Part shown: positions 25,701-35,765 of the stretch, piece by piece
Numbering within the stretch: position 1 is the stretch's first letter
Layout: each line of letters opens with the position of its first letter
NCBI GenBank assembly: GCA_043228905.1
Contig: JBHGNT010000011.1
Coordinates: forward strand, 4,092,001 to 4,156,000
Source of the DNA: Azolla caroliniana
Lineage: Eukaryota; Plantae; Polypodiophyta
Direction of reading: 5' to 3'
DNA length: 64,000 nt
Position numbers and translations under genes: made by a program
The notes under the pieces: model-generated
Database searches by the model: none
What the model was told of the DNA's origin: nothing
Seen by the model: only the letters and a program-made list of their open reading frames with translations

Positions 25701-26255
25701 TGCTTTTGGAACTGCCCTGGCTTCCCACAATAGAAGCATGTGGGCCTTCCCCTCGACTTCCACCTTGTCCCTGACTTATCTCAATTCTAGGGACTTCAAT
25801 TTCGGCCTCTTCCTCAATTTGTGTCACTCTTTGTGACTAACGCATACTTCGATTTTGGCACCTTCCGGATGTAGTTGGACTAGGAGAGTCGGAGAATCTT
25901 TGTTGTCCGATTTCACTCGATCCTCATGCCTAGTATGTGATGGGCTTGTCCGAGTTCCTTCGTTGTGAACTTGTCATGAAGGTTCCGCTTTAGCTTCTTT
26001 ATTTCTGTTTGATTGCTACCTGCAATCAACATGTCGTCAACATATAGGATCAGGTAAATCCTAGACTCGTCGGCCAGTTGCCGAATGTACATGCATGGGT
26101 CAAAGTTTGAGTGACGGTATCCAAGCTGCCTGATGTAGGAGTCAAACTTCTGGTACCACATCCTTGGCGCCTGTTTCAAGCCATAGAGACTTTTCTTCAG
26201 TTGACATACGAGGTGACTTTCCTTCCCATCGTCGTGAAGCCTATTGGTTGAGACA

Positions 26256-26763
26256 TGTAAAAGAATAGTGTGTGCGGAAATGTAACAGACACAACCGTGT
26301 AACACAATCGACGAAGAGAAGGTTTGATGGAGAGCTTGAACACAACACAACGTATGCAGGAGAGACGGAGAATGAGAGAGAGTGTGTGTGTGAGCAGAAG
26401 ACAAGAACTTAGATTCAAAACACAACGTATGCAGGAGAGACGGAGAATGAGAGAGAGTGTGTGTGAGTAGAAGACAAGAACTTAGATTCAAAACTAACTC
26501 GTTGTCACTCTATACAAGATGTGCTCGATCGGCGCTTTTTATACAGGTCTTTACAGACAGACCGAAGTACTGTTAGAGTACTGACACGTACTTCAAAGCT
26601 CATTAATGAGCCTCCTACACTAACTCCCAAAATTATTCCTTACGAGGAATAACACTCTAACAAACTCTCAGTTTACACACCATTACGGCCTTTGTGGGTA
26701 TGGTTTTACGCACCCAATCTATGCACTGGGTTACACACCCAACGTTGAGCTTGTATCTCAACA
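26256..26763 (-). repeat. Copia C 3' LTR
   Basis: Direct repeat of 53140-53572 plus a 75-bp tandem duplication. Confidence 0.92.
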
Positions 26764-27542
26764 CTCCCCCTCAAGCTCAACTTGAGGTTCCATCTGCTCT
26801 TCCAGATCTTCGCTCCGGCTTCTCCTGGCTTCACGCCTCGCTCACGCTCCTCAACCCGTTCGATTCCGCGCGCCTCGACCCTTTTGGCCGGCTTGTCTGC
26901 TCGTGTGGCCCTTCCCAACTCCCTTGTTGTCGCGGTGTTGGCACATCTTCTGTTGCCCTCTCCTCCGCTTGGCCCTCAGTCAATTCGGCATGTCCGAATC
27001 GAACATTCCGATTGAATCGGTCACTACCGATTCATTTCCGCTTACGTCCGAATTGGTTGTCTCCAGTTCATCTTCAGTCTTTAGCCCTTTGACAATGTCA
27101 AACCATGTCTTGGTCTTGGCCTTATCGCCCCCTTTTTGGGTTTTCTTCGACTCTTCCCTACAATTACGGCCCCTGTACTTATCTTCGGCTTCTTCAGCCG
27201 ACCCGAACTCGAATTCTTCATTCGACTCGGAGTCGCGGTCAGTTCCGCTTCTTTCAAGCTTTTGTTCTTGTCTCCCCCTCAAGTTGTTGTGTCGAGGTAG
27301 TGCAACCCAAGCACACCCGAGAATTGCCGCAACTTGTCAAGACCAAAAGGCTTGGTGAATATGTCGGCAATCTGCCGACCCGTCGAAACATACGCTAGTT
27401 TGACCTCGCCGGAAAGGACACTCTCACGAACAAAATGGTAATGCACCTCAATGTGCTTGGTCCGAGCGTGAAATACGGGGTTTTTCACAAGTTGGATGTT
27501 GTTGAGGTTGTCGCAATAGATCGTTGTTGGAGCGGACACTTC

Positions 27543-27960
27543 TGTTACCGGCCGGCAAGGAGTCCAAAATACGGAGTGAAGGAATTAATTAAGTATGGTT
27601 GTAAATAAGCATAGTATGGACGGACGGACTGGAAACGGTATGCCGTTCCAGATCCGGACGGATCCCGAATAGGTGCGATATGCACCGTTTTGTACTACGG
27701 GCCGGAAACCTATTTAAAGGCCCGGACCCCATTGTAATCGCAGCGGATAATTAATAGAGCATATGGTGTTATACTTCTGTGTTGATTTCCGTTCTGTACT
27801 TACTGTGATATCTTACGCGTGTAATTAACCAAAGCACTCTAATCGTGTAACCTACGTAAGTCGGTGTAATCGTTGAATCTTAATCCTATGCCGTAATCAC
27901 CCTTTGGTGAAGTGTCTCCGTGACACCTTGTGTTAGGCCTTGTCTGGTCAGAGAATAACA
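27543..27960 (+). repeat. Gypsy-2 5' LTR
   Basis: tgttaccggccggc...aataaca termini as in the Gypsy-3 LTR; TATA-like tatttaaa at 27711. Confidence 0.88.
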
Positions 27961-30900
27961 CAGTTTTGGCGACCACGATTCCTGCTTTCTCACAGCGAAC
28001 GACGGTAATGGATGACTAGACCAACGCACGACCTGGTTACAGACCGAGCTCGACGCCTCGCCGAACGGCAAAGACGGCGTGAGACTTTCCAGCAAGCAGC
28101 GCACGAAATTCGCTCGGATCGTTCGTTCTCCAACGAGATCCGGAGAGTCGCGGAGGAATCTCTTCGGTTACAGCAAACTCGCGACCAGGACGACGGAAGC
28201 AGTCTAAGTAGTCTCCGGGAAACCGAACGCCTCCTCGAGGCGCTGGCAAGCGGAGAAAACGAGGCAGAAGCCATTTCAGCCTACGAATCGGATTCCGAAG
28301 GGGGATACAGCGTGCACACGAACTACCGGAGCAGCAACGATACCCCCGGCGGCCCGGAGGACGACGGGTCGGATACCGTGCCGACTCCAGAACCGGAACC
28401 GCTCGACCAGGGCTATCCGGAACCGCAAACGGAAGCCGTCAACCCACCAACACCGGAAGTGGAAGAAGCAAAGCCACCGACACCAACGAAAGAGCCGGCG
28501 AAGGTACCGAAAGACGAGCCGGTGAAAGAACCGGAAAAAGAACCGGAAGAGGAACCGGAAAAAGCACCGGCAAAACAACCGGAAGTGGAACCGGAGAGAA
28601 AACCGGAAAGATATCAACAAACGCCACTAAACCGCGGCCTAATACTGGACGACGACATGCCGTTCCAATACTCAAAGTATCGCGATGATCCGGACGCGGA
28701 AGCGCATGTTCATGCCTTCGAGCAGACATGGGAAGCAAATCACACGTCCCAGCGAATGACACCGGAGGAAGAAGAACGCTCGAAGATAGCGGAATTCGGG
28801 GTCACGTTGGAAGGACCAGCGACACGATGGCGGCGGACGCAGGACCCGGCGACCATCACAACCTTTGCAGAATTAAAAGCAAAATTCTTGCATTTTTTCC
28901 ACAAGGAGGTCGACCAGACGACAATGGTGGGCCTGTTTTATACGATCCGACAGGAGGCAGGGGAAAGCATTCCCCAATTCGTCATCCGTTTCCAACGAAT
29001 GCATAGCCAGCTTCCCCATGCACCCCCGGAGGAGGAATTACGGACGATATTTTTAAACACACTCTGGGAACGGTTACGCACGGTGTGTACGGTAATCGAC
29101 TTTCGAGGAAGCACCATTGACCAGGTCATTGACCGGGTCAGAGAAATGGAAAAGTCAAGCTCATGGCTTACACTGGGAACACTGCAACGGGCGTTACCCA
29201 CTGAGGAAGATCTCCGGTTCCGGCAGGCAATTCAATGCACAATCTGCTTGAATGTCGGACACTCGGCAGTGGAGTGCACCATGCGAACCCAGTGTGTGAT
29301 TTGTCAATCCAAGAGTCATACAACGGACCGGTGCGAGTATAACCTGTTAAACCGACAAGCACCACCCGTCCGACGGATCGAGCCAAGAAGCAGCCGAGAC
29401 GAAGATGACGATCGTTGGCAAAGAATGAACCGGTACCGACCGGCACAGGATGTCCGGTACGGAGACAGACAAGAGAATGATGGCCGGTATGGGAATCGGC
29501 ATGATAACTATGACCGGTATGAGCGATCGGACCGTTATCGGGAGCCCAACAGACGACACGAGCAATATGACAGAGACCATTCCCCTGGTTACCGAAGGCA
29601 CCAGGAGGACTACGGCCGATTTTACGATCCACCACGACAGGACTACCGAAATAAAAATAAGAATAATAAGAAACGTAATTTCAAGAAAGGTGGTCACCCT
29701 AGGGACCCGGAACATGGAACCCCAAGGAGCCAACCGGCACAGAACGCACCACTCACTACGGGACCGACTCCGGATACCAGCAAGGCTGAATCCAGCAATA
29801 CCCGTAAAGAGTACTGCTATTACTGCAAGCAGGAAGGCCACTACAGTAACCAATGCCCGGCAAAGAGCTACGATAAACGACCAGCAGTTAATATGGTGGT
29901 TCCGGAAGTGGCAGATATACAGCAAGTAACCACACGGTCGAAAGGCATGGCCAAAGAGTGGGAAACACAAGAGGCCATACGAAAACAGGCGACGGAATGG
30001 GTGAAGGAAGCCAATGAAAGGAACGTCGCGGACGCGGAACGGCAAAAGGTGAATACCATAGGGAGTGCCGGCGGTAGCCACGCAGAAAACGAGACATGGC
30101 AAGCACTGCAAGAATGTCAGATCACGTTGCCATTAGGAAGACTCTTGCAGCTCGTGCCGCAATTTACGGAAGGACTAAAAACGGTCATGACAGAAGGTAT
30201 AGCCCCACCAGCACCAGTCTTCTTCTCGAATCCGGAGGAGGGACCAACGGTGGTGGACACTAGTAGTCCGGTGATTACAGCTATTGTCAAAGGGCACGAA
30301 CTTCCCGGCACCGTAATCGATGGAGGTTCCGGGGTGAACGTAATAAGCCTCCGCACGTGTGATGCCTTGGGTATACATGAATGGGAGCCATGTCCGTTCT
30401 GGCTACGGATGGCGGATACGAGCTCTGTACGGCCGACGGGCTTAATACGGAAATTGGAGGTCACCATAGGAGGTCACACATTTCACATCTCGGCTGTAGT
30501 GCTACAGCTACAGGCGCAAGGCGCGTACCCACTGTTGCTGGGCAGACCATGGTTGAAAACAGCACACATTAAGCAAAATTGGCGGAAAAATATGATTACC
30601 TTCCAGCGCGGAAAAGCCAAGGTCCGGGTACCGACACAACCACGGACGAGCAACGGTAAGGAATGCACACCGTTGTATGCGGAATGCGTGAACATGCTTG
30701 AAGGGTTGGCAGACGACGAAGAAGCCCAGTACTTGGAGGAACACCCGAAGATCGTACCACTCTTCGAGATTGACGTAGCTGAAGCCGTAGCGCCATACTT
30801 GCCGCAGCGGGACGACACCGAAGCCGAACCAGACAAAGATTCGATTCGGGAATTACGGCAAGCACAGGAAGCATTGGAACGGGAAATGGCCGTTTCCCAA

Positions 30901-33828
30901 CGGGTAAAAACATCCTAGCTCGACGAAGTGAACCTAGGAAGCAAGGACGAATCAAAGCCGGTACACATCGCCAAAGAAATGAAGCCGGAAGATAAAGCGG
31001 CGATGATCAAACTTCTCACGGAGTTTCGCGACGTATTCGCCTGGTCATACGAAGACATGCGAGGGCTGGACCCTCAATTATATCAGCATCAGATCCACTT
31101 AGGCAAGGACGCGAAACCAGTGGCGCAAAGACGTTACCGAATGAACCCCAACTACGCCGCCAAAGTGAAGGAGGAAATCGACAAACTCCTAAGAGTGGGC
31201 TTCATCCGGCCGGTAAAGAAAGCGACGTGGCTGAGCCCCATCGTCGTCGTCCCAAAGAAGAACGGTAAAATCCGCGTGTGTGTAGATTACAGGAAACTAA
31301 ATGCAGCCACAATTACGGATGCATTCCCTCTTCCGTTCACGGATGGAGTACTGGATGCCGTCGCCGGCCATGAAGTTTATAGCTTTCTAGACGGGTTCAG
31401 CGGTTACAATCAAATCCGGATGCACCCTGACGACCAGGAGAAGACAGCGTTCGTCACCGAATGGGGGGTGTTTGTGGCCGAAGTAATGATGTTCGGCCTA
31501 AAAACGGCACCAGCAACTTTCCAGCGAATCATCATGGAGATCTTCGGCGAATACATTCCTGCCTTCATGCAGGTTTTCCTGGATGATTTTGCAGTCTATA
31601 GCCGGGGAAAAGACCATTTGCAGCACCTACGGTTATGCCTTGAAAAGTGTAGGTTATACCGGCTAAGCTTAAACCCAGCAAAATGCATCTTTGGAGTGTC
31701 AAGTGGAATCTTACTGGGACACATTGTAAGTAAGGAGGGCATTGCGGTCGACCCAGACAAAGTAAACGCGATACTAGGGGCACCGGCGCCGAAAACGGCC
31801 AAAGCACTAAGCCGATTCTTAGGACAGATCCGGTGGCACAGCCGGATGCTCCGTCACTTGGCTGACTTGGCTACACCATTACACACCGCGGTACATCGGA
31901 CACCGTTCCAATGGACGGATACGGAGGATAAGGCATACAATGCCCTGAAGGTACTTTTGTCGCAAGCACCCGTCGTGCAGCCTCCGGATTGGAGCAAGGA
32001 ATTTCATGTATTCGTTGACGCTTCCAACATCGCTATCGGCAGCGCCTTAATGCAACTTACGGAGCCCAAATGGTACCGGCCGGTATATTACGCCAGCCGG
32101 AAGCTGTCCCAAGCGGAGAAGAACTATTCGACTACGGAACGGGAGGCCCTGGGCATGATCTACAGTGTCACAAAGTTTCGGCATTACCTATTGGGAAGGA
32201 AGTTCTCCTTTCATGTGGATCACTCGGCGCTCCTATACTTAGTGTCCAAGGCGTCCCTGACCGGTAAGTTGGCCCGTTGGACCTTGCTGTTGCAGGAGTT
32301 CGAATTCGAGATCTTCCACCGGCCCGGTATCCAGCATGCCGTAGCAGACTACCTGAGCCGGTTAGAGTCCGGAGAATCAGGCGACGGAGTAGCGGATGAA
32401 TTCCCGGACGCAGAGTTATTCCGTATCACCCCGGAAACGGCAGCGGACGACACGGTGGCATCAGAAGATAGGTGGCTGACAAACATGCACCAGTTCCTAA
32501 GCACGGGCCTGCCACCTGAGGAAATGAACAGGGACGAGAGGAAACGACTGGCGGTGCAGAGCCGCAATTTCTGTCTGTTACGGGACACTCTCTACCACAA
32601 AGGAGCAGATGGAATATGGAGACGGGTAGTCCGTAGTGACGAGAAACAAGTAATCTTACGGGAAGCACACTGTGGGGTTGCCGGAGGACACTATGCCGGG
32701 GAAGCGACGGCAAGGAAAGTATGGCAGAGCGGCTTATGGTGGCCCACGACGTTAAAAGACGCCGTCAAGTATGCTAAGGAATGTGACCTATGCCAACGAA
32801 TGGGCCAGCCTACGGAGCAAGCACGGATGCCACACCAACCGGTACTTCCACTAGAGCCATTCCAGAAGTGGGGGTTGGATTTTGTCGGACCATTCAAGCC
32901 ACCGGCAATGAGAACGGGTAATCGTTATGTCATCGTGGCAACAGATTATTGCACTAAATGGGTGGAGGCTAAGGCTTTGAGAGACAATACCGCGTCATCC
33001 ACAGCAAAATTTCTGTACGAGAACATTTGGTGCCAATATGGATGTCCGATTGAATTAATCAGCGACCAAGGAGGGCACTTCCTCGGCCAGGTAGTTGAAA
33101 GCTTAACAACGTTCTATGCCGTGGTCCATAAACGGAGCACACCGTACTACCCACAAGCGAACGGGTTAGCAGAGTCCACCAACAAAACGCTGCAGAACAT
33201 TCTCCGCAAAATCGTCAATGAAAACCGGACGGACTGGGATACAAAGCTCCATAGCGCGCTATGGGCGTACCAAACGGCATACAAAACAAGTATCCGGACA
33301 ACGCCGTTCCGGTTAGCGTTCGGCTTAGAGGCGGTCATGTCGGTGGAGTTTCAGGTACCAAGCTTATGGATCCAACTACGGGAACGGCTGAATGAAAAGG
33401 AGTCGGAGGAAATGCGGCTAGCAGCACTATGCGAACTAGAGGAGCAACGGCTGGCCAGCATCCTACACATGGAACTGGAGCAACGACGACGGAAAGCGTT
33501 CGTTGACCGTCACCGGAAAGGTAATGAAAAGATGTTCGAAATCGGAAAGCCGGTGCTAGTATTCCAAACAAGGATGGGCAAGATGCCGGGTAAACTCCGG
33601 TTCAGATGGATAGGCCCGTATTGCCTGACACGGGAATACAACGGGTCCTATCAGTTAGGGACACTTGCCGATGAAGTACTAGGCAAGTGGGTCAACGGAT
33701 TTAGATTAAAGCCCTATAAAAGACCGATGCCAAAGAACCCGTTTATGCAGACCACCGGCACTATACCGGGACCGGTACGGATGGAAGAAAAAGACGACGG
33801 GGAACCAGTAGCAGAGGCGAAGGAAGAC
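27543..33828 (+). mobile_element. Gypsy-2, single-LTR (3'-truncated) copy of the Gypsy-1/3 lineage
   Basis: LTR at 27543-27960, PBS TGGCGACCAC at 27967-27976, nearly intact gag-pol. Ends after the integrase with no extra ORF or 3' LTR. Confidence 0.92.
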
Positions 33829-33834
33829 TGGTAA
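28012..33834 (+). pseudogene. gag-pol: Gypsy-2 gag-pol polyprotein, one premature stop (30916-30918)
   Basis: Two in-frame 968-aa ORFs encode capsid, 3 CCHC knuckles, DGGS protease, RT (FLDD), RNase H and integrase with GPY motif. Confidence 0.95.
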
Positions 33835-35240
33835 TGCACCTCAATGTGCTTGGTCCAAGCGTGAAATACGGGGTTTTTCACAAGTTGGATGTTGTTGAGG
33901 TTGTCGCAATAGATCGTTGTTGGAGCGGACACTTCCACATGCAAATCCCATAATAGTCGTTTTAGCCAAATGACTTCACACGTAGCGACAGTCGCCCCTC
34001 GATATTCGGCCTCCATGCTCGACAGTGCTACTGTCGGCTGCTTCTTACTACTCCATGCGATCGCCACACTTCCCATTGAGAATGCGTATCCGGATGTGGA
34101 TCTACAATCATTAGCATTTCCGGCCCAATCAGCATCCTTGTAGCCAACTAACTGTTCGGCTACGCCTGCCCGATAAAGCAACACCATGTCCTTAGTGCCG
34201 CTGACATATCGCAATATCCTTTGCGTGCACTGAAGTTGTTTGGTTGTGGGTGGCGACATAAATTGACTGATCAAGTCGACCGAGTAGCTGAGATCCGTCC
34301 GAGTGATTGTCAAGTAAATAAGGCTTCCGACAATCTGTCGAAACCGTGTCGGGTCGCATGCCTTTCCCAAATCTCGGCGAAGCTTGACATTTCTATCCAG
34401 AGGGGTCGAGATGGGCTTACAATCTGCCATCCCGAACTTGAGGAGCATATTCAGTGCGTAGTGACGCTAGCTTATCAATATGCCTTCGGTGGTACGGATC
34501 ACTTCGATCCCGAGGAAGTAATGAAGGTCTCCAAGATCCTTCATTTCGAATGAAGCCGCAAGCTGAGACTTTACACGGCCTATTTCATCTAGGTCAGCAC
34601 CGGCGATGACTAGATCATCAATATAGAGTAAAAGACTAACCGGTCCATGTCAACCTTGCTGAACGAACAATGAGGACTCCGACTTTGATGGTGCAAACCC
34701 CATCTTACACAACCATTGCATAATCTTCGCGTTCCAAACTGCCGAAGTGTTATGTTTGGATAGAAATCCAGGGGGTTGTACCATGTACACCTGTTCCTCA
34801 AGATCTCCTTGTAGGAACGCATTCTTTATATCCATTTGATGTAAGTGCCACCCCTTCGCCGCTGCTACGGCTAGTAGAACATGCACGGTGGTCATCTTCG
34901 CGATCGGCGCGAAGGTCTCGTCGTGGTCGTCGTCGTGTTTCTACGCATAGCCTTTTGCAACTAATCGGGCCTTGTAGCGGTTGACAGAGCCGCCGGTGTT
35001 GTACTTGACCTTGTACACCCACCTACATCCAATCGCTTTCACGCCCTTCAGTGCGTCAACTAGGTCCCAAGTCTTGTTGTCTGATAACGCACGCATCTCT
35101 TCCTCCATCACGGCATGCCAGTTCACGTCTTTCGCCACTTCTATGTAGCTCTCCGGCTCACGCACTTCCACCACTCGCGTCATGTATGCATAATGGTGTG
35201 CCATGTAGTCATTATACCCGTATCTCTTTATGGGGTTCTT

Positions 35241-35710
35241 TGTTACCGGCCGGCAAAGAAGCCTAAAGGAGGTCCAAACTCCAAACCAGAGTGTGAAAGG
35301 AATAGTTATTCGGGAACTGTTGGAATTAGTAGTCTTAATATATACATATTATTATATAAGAAGATGTGGACGGACGGACCGGAATCGGTATGCCGATCCG
35401 GATCCGGAACAATTCCGTAAAGGTGCCGTTTGGCACCATTTTGTATTTCGCACCGGAGACCTATATAAAGGCCCGGTTACAATGTAATCAGGAGTGGATA
35501 ATTAATAAAGCTTATGGTCTTAATCTTCAAGTGTTGATTACCGTTCTGTGATTATTGTCATATCTTACTCGTGTTAATTACGAATGGTTAAGTAATCGAT
35601 TAAGGTCTAATTAAGCGTTGTGTCATAAGTCATTCTGCCGTACCACCCTTTGGTGACGTGTCCTAAGTGGACACCTTGTGTTAGGCTGTTGTCCGGCCCT
35701 AGCAATAACA
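35241..35710 (+). repeat. Gypsy-3 5' LTR
   Basis: Direct repeat of 44483-44952; TATA tatataaa at 35462-35469. Confidence 0.95.
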
Positions 35711-35765
35711 CAGTTTTTGGCGACCACAATTCCTGCATTATCGCAGAGAACAGCCGCAGGAATGG

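Larger units (their letters stand above)
16929..25857 (-). mobile_element. Copia F (Tnt1/Tork-like), 5'-truncated; hosts Copia E
   Basis: 3' LTR at 16929-17416 with PPT at 17417-17429. RNase H/RT at 17429-18207. RT, INT, PR and the gag tail at 23226-25857. No 5' LTR. Confidence 0.87.

Noticed and set aside
30916-30918. TAG splitting Gypsy-2 into two 968-aa ORFs as readthrough
   Set aside because: Gypsy-1 and Gypsy-3 have Gln (VKASQLEEV), so this is a C>T change. The equal ORF lengths are coincidence.
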